DNA of 56,506 nucleotides, taken from the NCBI RefSeq assembly GCF_006345805.1, contig NW_021833646.1:1-56506 (forward strand). Direction: 5' to 3'. The stretch comes from Octopus sinensis (lineage: Eukaryota). The notes under the pieces are model-generated. The model saw nothing but the letters and a program-made list of their open reading frames with translations. It made no database searches and had not been told where the DNA came from. Numbering within the stretch: position 1 is the first letter of the stretch; the number at the start of each line of letters is the position of its first letter. The position numbers and the translations under genes were made by a program. Below are positions 48,701-56,506 of the stretch, one piece after another.

Positions 48701-51545
48701 CATCCGACTGTGGCCATGCTGAGGCACCGCCTTGAAAATTTTTTAGATGAATGAAGTTTTTTTAAAGCATAATACTTATTTCATCAATATCTTTTGCTGA
48801 TCCACTAAGTTACAGGGATGTAAACACAGTAACACCAGTTGGGGACAAACACAGATGCAAAGAGACACACACAGATACAAACACACACATATACATACAT
48901 ATCATCATCATTTAACGTCTGCTTTCCATGCTAGCATGGGTTGGACGATTTTGACTGAGGGCTGCACCAGGCTCCAGTCTTGATCTGGCAGAGTTTCTAC
49001 AGCTGGATGCCCTTCCTAACGCCAACCACTCCAAGAGTGTAGTGGGTGCTTTTTACGTGCCACCGGCAGGGGGCCAGTCAGGCAATACTGACAATGACCT
49101 CGCTCGAATCTTTTTACACATGTCACCGGCACAGGTGCCAGTAAGGTGACGGTAACGATCACGCTCAAATGGTGCCCTTTTACATGCCACCGGCACGGAG
49201 CCAGTTAGCTGCTCTGGCAACGATCACACTCGGCACCTTACTAGCACAGGCACAAGTGCCAGTAAGGCAATGCTGGTAACAATCACACTCAAATGGTGCC
49301 CTTTTACATGCCACTGGCAAGGAAGCCGGTTAGCCTCTGTCAACGATCACCCTCGTATGGTGCTCTTTGCACCCCGCTATATATACATATATATATAATT
49401 GATTTAGGCAGCAGCAAAGGAAAACTATAACCGTCATTAAACATGACTGAGGGTGTTAGAAACACCTACATTGCTAGAAATAAGAACCAAATCCACCCAC
49501 TCACAAGGCTTTGGTCAGCCTGAAGCTATAGTACAAGGGTAGATTACAAATTTTAAAAATACAAGACGGATTTACATACTTGCATTTAGTCTTTTTTTGT
49601 TCCCTTTAAAGGCAAAGCATCCCTAAAAATAAATAAAAAATTTAATATTGAAACAATTAATAATAGACCAAGACATAATTCTGGTATAAGTAACATGGAT
49701 CTTTTCGGTTTGAACAGCAGTTTTTTTCTAGCGGTGTCATATGAAATTGTCACCCAGAATTATGACCCTAGAATCGATCTATTGCATTTCAATCTGTTTT
49801 AGGGTTGGGGTGAGGGGAAGGGTATCTTTTTTTCTTCACAAATGTAAATAAACCCAATCTGTTTCTTAAACGAGGGACATATTCATACGGCACAGAGTGA
49901 TTTTTACCTCAATAGACGTCACTGATTGGTTGAAATTGCAGAAAAAAAACAACAAATATCTTACAAACTATAGAATTTTCTCAATAAAGCCAAGAGAAAA
50001 ATATGTTTTATAAACACATCCTACCAGTATACGAAGTTTAAAATTTTTTAGTTACGTGGAAATTATTTTTAAAAAATGCCGTTCAAACCGAAAAGATCCT
50101 GGTAGAAGTAACAGACAAAGCGATGACAGATACAAGAAGAATTATAGGTGTCTTCTAGAAATTTTTATTACTATGAATTTCTAGAAGAAAAACTACATCA
50201 GAAGTACAGTTTTTGAAAATTATCTGGTGAAAATTTGATAAATCTGAAGTGGTTGGAAGAAATTGAACCAGATCCGTCTGGTACTTATCTTATCTGTCTC
50301 TTTTGCCGTACCGCTACATTATTGGATCATAAACAAACCAACACACACATATACGACGGACTTCGACACAGTTTCCGTCAACCAAATTTACATAAAGTAC
50401 TAATCCAAGGATAAAAACCGGGGGGGGGGGAGGTAAAGAATACGCACACCTGGTGTTTAGGGTTTTTGTTACGCCGAAAATGGGTTACGCCGAAAACAGG
50501 TGGTGTGCATATTCTTTACCTCCGGCCTAACCGGACCAAATTTTTCTGTCAGCGGCGAGCTGAGAGAATGGTTATCGCACTGAACGAAATGTTTAGCGAT
50601 ATTTCTTCTGGCTCTTTACGTTCGCAGTTCAAATTCCGCTGCGGTCGACTTTGCTTTTCATACTTTTGGAGATCGATAAAATAAGTACCAGTGGAGCACT
50701 GGAGTCAATGTAATCGAGGCATTCTTTCGATATAACTCGACAAAATCAAAACATTTCACTTCGGGTATTTCCGTGGGTTGTGGAGTATAGATATAACGAA
50801 ATTACGCCAGCAATGTCACAAGCAAATTTCGAAGCAGAAAACAGAACCAAACTGTCATTTGCTTCCATGGAAATACCCGAAGTGAAATGTTTTGATTTTG
50901 TCGAGTTATATCGAAAGAATGCCATAATCGACTTACGCCCTGGTCAAAAATTGCTGGCTTCGTGCCAAAATTTGAAACCAATATGAATGTAGCTATACAC
51001 AAATGACAAATACATAAGATAAAGAAATTCTACGGAAATTCTATTATGTGTAACCACAACGACGTAATTACCTAATTTTATGAAAAATTCAAAGATTACG
51101 TTTCAGATGATGTACATTACGATTATATCGCAATATGATGTGGAAAAAAACCCCACAAAATTTACCGAAATATATATTTTTCAGAAAGTTATGGGGAAAC
51201 AAATCGATATACGTATTATCCTAAAAACCTGTCCACAGTCACTCAAACAAAAAAAGTTCACAACAAATTCCGATATAACCGAAATCTACATCATCTAAAA
51301 ATGTATCTCTAGAAAATTTTGTTAAAAATTACGTATTTTTTCAGAAAGTTATAAGAAAACAAAATCAGTATATTGTTCATATCAGCATTCATAACTTTAA
51401 CTACACGAAATATTGTTATGGCTTTCTTTAATATATATAATCATTATTATTATTTCATTGGTTATCTTGTCCTTATTTCATAATTTGGCGAGAGAATAAG
51501 GATGATAATATAATAAATTACCTTAGAAATAGAGCTTGTGGCCAT
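14359..51545 (-). CDS. ORC3: Origin recognition complex subunit 3; complete 20-exon CDS, 2148 nt / 715 aa
   Basis: 20 exons with AG acceptors and GT (one GC) donors join in frame. The protein runs [14 protein letters not shown] ... [16 protein letters not shown] ... PLHEVFYY ... [17 protein letters not shown] ... [13 protein letters not shown], matching metazoan ORC3 as I recall it along its length. Confidence 0.97.
14465..15494 (-). other. U12-type (minor spliceosome) GT-AG intron, ORC3 intron 19
   Basis: 5' splice site GTATCCTTT; branch-site-like TTCTTTAAC at 14485-14477, ending 12 nt before the exon. Confidence 0.9.
15495..15562 (-). CDS. ORC3: ORC3 exon 19 ([23 protein letters not shown])
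   Basis: attacag|TCATTT ... TACA|gtatcctttat (U12 donor); 68 nt. Confidence 0.92.
16328..16625 (+). mobile_element. tRNA-derived SINE (family D); full copy at about 43300-43605 (-), partial at 52628-52790 (+)
   Basis: GAGGCGCAATGGC(CC)AGTGGTTAGGGCAGCGG...GTTT(C/T)GA(T/C)TCCCAGAC head; shared ACACCTAA(A)GCTCCAC body. Confidence 0.75.
16677..16793 (-). CDS. ORC3: ORC3 exon 18 (CSCCEADPG...[24 protein letters not shown])
   Basis: tatatag|TGTTCT ... ACAA|gtaagt; 117 nt. Confidence 0.97.
16913..17100. mobile_element. 188-bp foldback/MITE-like element with 45-bp terminal inverted repeats
   Basis: 16913-16957 versus 17056-17100, 2 mismatches, TA termini. Confidence 0.7.
17513..17552 (+). ncRNA. 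Type I hammerhead ribozyme motif (HH2)
   Basis: CCAGA-CTGATGA-C-GAG(CAAGA)CTC-A-GAAA-CTAG-TC-TCTGG; stem I extends with bulges to 17492-17567. Confidence 0.8.
17890..18031 (-). CDS. ORC3: ORC3 exon 17 ([17 protein letters not shown]...[17 protein letters not shown])
   Basis: tttctag|GATCTT ... CAAA|gtacgt; 142 nt. Confidence 0.96.
19147..19238 (-). CDS. ORC3: ORC3 exon 16 ([31 protein letters not shown])
   Basis: atttcag|ACTTTG ... TCAG|gtagga; 92 nt. Confidence 0.93.
19720..20012 (-). mobile_element. tRNA/CORE-like SINE (family E); other copies at about 39965-40260 (+) and 27727-27840 (+)
   Basis: ATGGCTTAG(C/T)GGT(T/G)AGGGTATT head, GTGAGTTC(G/A)ATTCCTGG B box, TCCTTGAGCAAGACACTT core. 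Confidence 0.75.
21836..21960 (-). ncRNA. Type I hammerhead ribozyme motif with long stem II (HH3)
   Basis: TCT-CTGAAGA-GGCC...GTGTCTCATT...AATGAGACAC...GGCC-GAAA-CAGCTG-TA-AGA. Confidence 0.72.
22266..22338 (-). ncRNA. Type I hammerhead ribozyme motif (HH4)
   Basis: AATGCAG-CTGATGA-A-GACT..TCAAAT..ATTTGA..AGTC-A-GAAA-CCGG-TC-CTGCATT; 7-bp stem I. Confidence 0.82.
23911..24002 (-). CDS. ORC3: ORC3 exon 15 (GMKLEEENK...[11 protein letters not shown]), followed by a GC donor
   Basis: ccattag|GTATGA ... AAAG|gcaagt; 92 nt. Confidence 0.9.
24655..25692 (+). mobile_element. Short 5'-truncated RTE insertion with target-site duplication
   Basis: MLHGSETW...KYAVREKT, then about 7 VNTR units and a (GAT)n tail. 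TTCCACTTTAAAGCACCTT(AT)n is duplicated at 24607-24625 and 25694-25712. Confidence 0.93.
26567..26703 (-). CDS. ORC3: ORC3 exon 14 ([14 protein letters not shown]...LKMLEDLD)
   Basis: ttttcag|ATTTCT ... GATG|gtcagt; 137 nt. Confidence 0.94.
27101..27180 (-). CDS. ORC3: ORC3 exon 13 ([27 protein letters not shown])
   Basis: ttaccag|AGACGA ... TGAG|gtttgt; 80 nt. Confidence 0.94.
28493..28713. mobile_element. TTAA-flanked MITE (piggyBac-like); second copy at 34840-35461 interrupted by a SINE
   Basis: TTAA|CCCTTTAG ... CTAAAGGG|TTAA. Confidence 0.7.
28829..28945 (-). CDS. ORC3: ORC3 exon 12 ([14 protein letters not shown]...LPKYPLGKQ)
   Basis: tttccag|GAAGAA ... GCAA|gtaaga; 117 nt. Confidence 0.96.
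30351..30414 (-). CDS. ORC3: ORC3 exon 11 ([21 protein letters not shown])
   Basis: tttccag|ATATGT ... AAAA|gtaagt; 64 nt. Confidence 0.93.
32622..32755 (-). CDS. ORC3: ORC3 exon 10 (IAILDHFF...VRQLPSFMK)
   Basis: attttag|ATCGCT ... TGAA|gtaagt; 134 nt. Confidence 0.95.
33277..33702. mobile_element. About 400-bp MITE with about 30-bp TIRs (GGATCTTTTCGGTTTGAAC(G/A)GCAGTTTTTT); copies at 49697-50099 and partial at 52503-52601
   Basis: TIR at both ends; the two full copies are inverted relative to each other; internal TTAGGG-like motif. Confidence 0.8.
33951..34168. mobile_element. Second TTAA-flanked MITE family; partial copies at about 27340-27510 and 37190-37388
   Basis: TTAA|C(C/T)CTTTCGTTAC ... 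GTAAC(G/A)AAAGGG|TTAA. Confidence 0.7.
35478..35804 (-). pseudogene. Penelope-like retroelement GIY-YIG endonuclease relic
   Basis: [26 protein letters not shown]...*...[24 protein letters not shown]...STAL...KARPY...CSVC; one in-frame stop. Confidence 0.8.
36028..36141 (-). CDS. ORC3: ORC3 exon 9 ([38 protein letters not shown])
   Basis: atttcag|ACCCTG ... TAAG|gtaata; 114 nt. Confidence 0.95.
37411..37570 (-). CDS. ORC3: ORC3 exon 8 ([17 protein letters not shown]...SQLCMEKFQ...LLDE)
   Basis: cttccag|CTCCTA ... TGAG|gtttgt; 160 nt. Confidence 0.95.
37690..39640. repeat. Three diverged tandem units of about 350 bp, interrupted by later SINE/RTE insertions
   Basis: Repeated blocks GAGTAAATATGGTA / AATTGTAGAGACG / CATAATCTA / TTTTAACTGAAAA starting near 37760, 38533, 38985. 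Confidence 0.7.
39718..39878 (-). CDS. ORC3: ORC3 exon 7 (KVGNFPSP...[24 protein letters not shown])
   Basis: ttcatag|AAAGTT ... GCAG|gttaga; 161 nt. Confidence 0.95.
42167..42256 (-). CDS. ORC3: ORC3 exon 6 ([30 protein letters not shown])
   Basis: ttttcag|TCCTTT ... CAAG|gtcagt; 90 nt; acceptor chosen by phase. Confidence 0.88.
44642..44692 (+). ncRNA. Type I hammerhead ribozyme motif (HH5)
   Basis: AGCTTC-CTGAAGA-T-TTC(TCTT)GAA-T-GAAA-CAG(TTCTAGTC)CTG-TA-GAAGCT. Confidence 0.72.
45222..45385 (-). CDS. ORC3: ORC3 exon 5 ([13 protein letters not shown]...QSSQM)
   Basis: cttctag|GTGTCA ... AATG|gtaatt; 164 nt. Confidence 0.95.
46147..46297 (-). CDS. ORC3: ORC3 exon 4 ([15 protein letters not shown]...[11 protein letters not shown])
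   Basis: ccattag|GATTTG ... ACAG|gtgagc; 151 nt. Confidence 0.95.
47611..47702 (-). CDS. ORC3: ORC3 exon 3 ([31 protein letters not shown])
   Basis: gttttag|ATGAAA ... CCAG|gtagat; 92 nt, phase 1 to 0. Confidence 0.88.
48318..48400 (+). pseudogene. tRNA-Leu(TAA)-derived pseudogene whose anticodon now reads TAC
   Basis: AGCACGA TG GCCGAGTAGTTAAGGA G TTGGA CTTACGT TCCAA TGGACATCTGTCCA C ATGGG TTCGAAC CCCAC TCATGAT A; long variable arm; two acceptor-stem mismatches. Confidence 0.8.
48466..48498 (-). ncRNA. Degenerate hammerhead relic (HH6)
   Basis: GACAC-CTGATGA-CACAGCT-GAAA-CGTGTT; both core halves present, stem II collapsed. Confidence 0.35.
49580..49622 (-). CDS. ORC3: ORC3 exon 2 ([14 protein letters not shown])
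   Basis: tttttag|GGATGC ... GCAA|gtatgt; phase 0 to 1. Confidence 0.92.
50431..50521. repeat. 91-bp palindromic mini-element with 20-bp inverted ends; related half at about 52462-52496
   Basis: AGGTAAAGAATACGCACACC ... GGTGTGCATATTCTTTACCT; internal GTTACGCCGAAAA twice. Confidence 0.65.
50718..50923. mobile_element. 206-bp MITE with perfect 55-bp TIRs inserted into a SINE
   Basis: 50718-50772 is the exact reverse complement of 50869-50923; flanks GTAATCGA / ATAATCGA. Confidence 0.8.
51522..51545 (-). CDS. ORC3: ORC3 exon 1 (MATSSISK)
   Basis: ATG at 51545; donor AAG|gtaatt; phase 0. Confidence 0.92.
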
Positions 51546-51587
51546 ACTAGACTTTTAAAAGACAGCCACAGTGTTGTTTCAGAATTC

Positions 51588-51595
51588 GCGGGAAA
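51588..51595 (-). promoter_or_regulatory. E2F consensus site TTTCCCGC upstream of ORC3
   Basis: Exact TTTSSCGC match 43 bp upstream of the ATG in CpG-poor DNA; E-box CACGTG at 51602-51607. Confidence 0.65.
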
Positions 51596-54500
51596 ATATA
51601 ACACGTGTAAACACATACACATATGGGTGTGTGTTTGTCCGTTATATATATATGGTGTGTGTGTGTGTTATGTTTGATTTACAAACAGGATACATAAGAA
51701 CTAAAAACATGAGTATATATTTTTCATTTATTTTTAATTGGCAGAGGTTATAGAGTTTTATTTTTTTTTTAATCTGCAGAAATTTTGACGATTTTTAGTT
51801 TTAAGTACATATATCTGCGGGACTAATCTTTTCTGCTATAGACACAAGGTAATTGATTACATAGACCTCAAATGCTCAACAGGTACTTATTTAATCGATC
51901 TCGAAAGGATGAAAGGCAAAGTCGACCTCGGTGGGATTTGAACTCAGAACGTAAAGAGCCTGAAGAAATATCGCTAATCATTTTATCGACCTCGTTAACG
52001 ATTCTGCCAGCTCACCACTTTATCTGCGGGACTAAAATGAAACCAAAACAATCGGGGAAATTTCAAAAATAGACTTGGATTTTCCGAATAGGCGAAACGA
52101 ATAAATAGATATTTCAAAGTCACTTATAAAATATCACAAAATGGAACTGTATTAATTTTCATTTTTCTCTTTGGTTAAATATTTTCAAATTTACATTTAT
52201 AACTTCTTAAAAATATTTCCATTGTTTCTGTTGTTTCAGAGTTGGTTTATCTTTTGATAAACCGTTTCATTAAAATCATTTACATCAATTAATTTGTTAC
52301 GTGATGCAATATGATAATTATTTTATTTGTAGGCCTTTCCAATTCATGCCGATCACCCCTCCCCGCATCTTCTGCTGCTTTACCCCCCCCCCCACACACA
52401 CACACACACACGCTTTCTTTTTACCTTTCTTTCTTTTCCTTTCTAATATTTTTTTTTAGCGAAGGTAAAGAATGCGCACACCCGGTGTTTAGTGTTAAGG
52501 TTGGATCTTTTCGATTTGAACGGCAGTTTTTTTCTAGCGGTGTCATATGAAATTGTCACCCATAATTACCACCCTAGTATCGATCTATTGCATTTCAATC
52601 TGTAAAATAGGTCTGGAATAAAACGTTGCGCAATGGCCCAGTGGTTAGGGCAGTGGACTCGCGGTCGGAGGATCGCAGTTTCGATTCCCAGACTGGGCGT
52701 TGTGTGTGTTTATTGAACGAAAATACCTAAAAGCTCCACGAAGCTCCGGCAGGAGAAGGTGGTGGTGACCCCTGTTGTACTATAACTGCGGTGCATCAGC
52801 ATGGCCGCAGTTCTGAGCTGAAACAAGAAAAACGAAAAAACACACACATATATAATGATGAAGGAATGATGTAGGTCCACTACAACTAAAAAGAAAAAAA
52901 ATGACCATCAGGTGTACTGTTGGCAGATTTCAGAGCACATGGAAGTTTTGAATATGGCGCCTGAACAGCCCATCAGCTGGTCAGCTCCTGTCAAACCGAC
53001 CAACCCATGCCAACATGGAAAACAGACGTATGATGATGATGATGGTGATATCCACACATATTCTATATTTATATATGTAGAGATATATTTATGTATGTTT
53101 ATATGTATATAAAAGAACAAAGTGGTCAGAAGTTGGTGAAATATTGTTTACTATATATTATTCTTCATAGAACTTCTCAAAATTTGTGCGTTACAGTATA
53201 CAGGGATTTCACTGTGTGTGTGTGTGGTGAAGAAATGTCAGCTATTTATGGAAGAATGTGAAGAATTCAAATATTCTTTTTATTTGAATCTAGGGAATTG
53301 GTCAAAACAAGTTCTAGGACTAATCAATGATGTGGCATATACAGCTGTTTGTTTGATCTGAATCTATAAATATGTGAGTGGTGAGGAGGTGATTGTTCAA
53401 GATATGAACAAATAATTATTGTATATTTCACAGCTGTTGTCCCTATAAGTTTTTAACGGATCTTACAAGCACATTTGTGTTGTGCAGATGGACATATGTA
53501 TATAAGTATTTATGTACAATATGTATTGTATATGATTAGAACGTTTTATTATTTTATTACTTTGTCTCTAACACAATTAGACTCTGTGTAGCAGTAACAA
53601 TATCATATTGCCTAATCATACAATCTTCCTCTTAAAATCTATTACATTGACAGTTGAATAACTTATTGTACAGGGTGTCCACAAAGTCTGAGTACATGGG
53701 GATTAACACATACTTTAAGAAATTATTATTTCTTATATTTTCCATGTACCCAGACTTTGTGGACACCCTGTAGTAAATGTCAGATAAACATATGGCTGGT
53801 AAATATTTTTATCCAATAAGTGGTAGAGGCAAGTTGACCAACCAACGTCCAATATCTGTCATTATTACTATTACTGCCATTGAAATTAAAGCAGATTGAT
53901 TGGCTATAATTTAAATTATCTCCTCCTGTTATAGATGTAGTGCTTGTATATTCTTTTCTACTCTAGGCACAAGGCCGGAAATTTTTGGAGGAGGTCAGTT
54001 GATTAAATTGACTCCAGTACGCAACTGGTACTTAATTTATTGACCCCGGAAGGATGAAAGGCAAAGTCGACCTCGGCGGAATTTGAACTCAGAATGTAAA
54101 GACGAAATACTGCTAAGCATTACGCCTGGCATGCTAATGTTTCTGCCAGCTTGCTGCCTTGATGTAGTGCCTGTATATTGTATTCTAAAATACTTCCTGA
54201 TTTCAATATTTCTTTATGGTTCGACTTTGCTATTCACACCATTTCATCAGGCAATAATAGAAAATGTTCAATTATTGCCTGATGAAATGGTGTGATTATG
54301 TAAAATGTAAAGTTATGTAACATTTTGTAATCCCATGCATTACTGAATAAATGGCCACACTATGGAAGCATGCTAAAATTTGAGCTGCCCATTCTTGTGC
54401 CTTTGGTATATTATACACAGCATAATATGTGCAGTGTTTTGTTTCTATATAAATGGATTTATAAGATGCTTACTATCATTATAAAAGCACTATATACCTA

Positions 54501-55674
54501 TATATAAAAAGCATTATGTATCTCCCAGTTGATTTACTGGAAGCATTTGTGTAGTCTTATTGAGAACCCTGTTATACATTGGAGTGGTACCAAATTAATT
54601 GTCAAGATCATTTAGATACCCACTCACATCAGTTTTCCATGCTTGCATGAGTTTCACAGGAGCTGGTTAGTCTGGGGATCTCACCATATATATTATACAC
54701 ATTATATACATTTATATATACACATATATAGTGAACAGGTGGGTACCGTTTGAGCACTCATAATCCAAGTTGTGGCAAACTGCATCCAGTGGTAAGGAGC
54801 ACCAAGGATTACATGAGGTAGGCAATCCCAGAGTGTTTGTGAGTTCATATTTCCTTTGCAGTCGTTGGTTTGTAACTAAAAGGCTTGTTCAACTGGTGTT
54901 TGTTTCCAGTTTTCTGCGTAAAACAGGTCTGGAATATTTGTTGTTCCATAGATGAGGAGAATATAACCTAGCTTGGAAACAGCAGAGGTTGGCATCAGAA
55001 AGAGCATCCAACCATAAAAATCTCAGTTCCAATGTACTCTCATCTGATCCATAACAGACATGGCAAAGTTGATGCTAAAATGATGAAGATGGTATCTTTT
55101 ATTCTTTTAATTATTTCAGTCACTAGACTGAGGCCATGCTGGAGTACTGCCTTCAAGAGGTTTTATCCAAATGAATCAACCCCAGTACTTAATTTTAAAG
55201 CCTGCTACTTAGTCTATCAGTCTTTTTTGTCAAACTGCTAAGTTATGGAGATGTGAACACACCAACACCAGTTCTCAAGTGGTGATGGGGGGGGGGCAAA
55301 CACAGACACAAAAATACATACAGAGATGTCTGTGTGTACATATGATGTAATTCTTTCAGTTTCTGTCTACTCACAAGGTTGTGGCAGCCTGAGGCTATAC
55401 TAGAAGACACTTGTCTAAGGTGCCACACAGAAGGACTGAACCTGGAAGCATGTGGTTGGGAAGTAAGCTTCTTACCACACAGCCACACCTGCACCTATAT
55501 ATAAATATATACAAAAACACCTTCCACGCTGCAATTGTTTTCATTCCAGTACACGATCTCAGATCAGGTCACTTGCTATGCAAGTACATCTCCATTATAT
55601 ATGTATATATATATATGTGTACAGACACATGCTACAATGTCACTGCCTACTTGTAAGAGTAAAATAAGTATATA

Positions 55675-56506
55675 TTAGGTTGGCAAGAAAGTAATTTCGT
55701 TTTTTAGTGTGACATAAAAGTCATTTCTTTTAATACAAAGGATGAACTTTAATCAATTATATATTTTTCCATTTTGTTCAATGACCTTTTGCCATCTTTC
55801 TGGCAACTTCATAATTCCACACCTACAGAACCTCTGGTCTTTATCAGCCAAAAACTAAGGCAAGTGCGATTTCAGGTCATCATCATTATTGAAAGTTTTA
55901 CCAAAGAATTTTGCAAATTTTGAAATAAATGGTAATCTGATGGTGCAAGGTCAGGGTTATATGGTAGATGGGACATCACTTCCCAACTAAGCTCCAATAA
56001 TTTTTCATGAGTTAGCAAAGACATGTGGTCTAGCGTTGTCATGGTGGAGCATGATTCCTTTACGATTTGCCAATTCTGGCCATTTTTCTTTTATTACTTC
56101 TACCAGTTTCATTAGTTGTTGACAGTAAACATCTGAATTGATCATTTGGTTCCTTGGAAGCAGCTCAAAATACACAACCCCTTTGTAAACCCACCAAATT
56201 AACAGCATGACCTTTTTTTGATGCAATTCAGCTTTCGATGTGGTTTGTGTTGATTCATTACGCTTGGAACATGATCGTTTTCGATGGATGTTATTATAGA
56301 CAATCCATTTTTCATCACCAGTAACGATTTGTTTTAAAAAAAGGTCGATCTCATTGCATTTGAGATGCATACTGTAAATATTGATTCTTTGTGTTAAGTG
56401 AATCTCTTTCAATTTATGTGGAACTCAAATATTGAGCTTCTTAACGATTCCAAGACATTTTAAGTGATTTGCAATGTGCATGTGTGACACATTTAACCTC
56501 TCTGCC
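55675..56506 (-). mobile_element. Mariner (DD34D) transposon 3' part, decayed transposase; runs off the window
   Basis: *VPHKL (WVPH motif with stop), IVTGDEKWI, KKVML, LHHDNARPH, frameshift, HLPYNPDLAPSDYHLF, KLPERWQKVIEQNGKY. Stop at 55751-55749; TA|TTAGGTTGGCAAGAAAGTAAT TIR. Confidence 0.92.

Noticed and set aside
53420-53500. Possible exon of a divergent gene such as RARS2 (AVVPIS-like peptide)
   Set aside because: In-frame stop follows immediately and no other exons were found

Overview
AT-rich, repeat-dense animal genomic DNA; the SINE/LINE families point to a coleoid cephalopod, probably Octopus (inference). The main gene is a complete 20-exon ORC3 on the minus strand (ATG 51545 to TGA 14359; 2148 nt, 715 aa). 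I assembled it by hand and all intron phases are consistent. Its last intron is U12-type (GTATCCTTT donor, TTCTTTAAC branch site), intron 15 has a GC donor, and an E2F site lies 43 bp upstream of the ATG. The rest is mostly mobile DNA: two CR1-clade LINE copies (one with a Myb/SANT-like plus CCCH ORF1), RTE LINEs whose VNTR-containing 3' UTR is scattered as about 20 truncated copies, several tRNA-derived SINE families, MITEs, a Penelope GIY-YIG relic, a mariner and a tRNA-Leu pseudogene. The most notable signal is a set of six sequence-unrelated type I hammerhead-ribozyme motifs. Four have complete cores (17513-17552 +, 21836-21960 -, 22266-22338 -, 44642-44692 +) and two are degenerate. Two of the complete ones lie in tandem on the ORC3 sense strand inside the GC-AG intron. 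Repeat boundaries are approximate; all identifications come from reading the sequence, with no database search.
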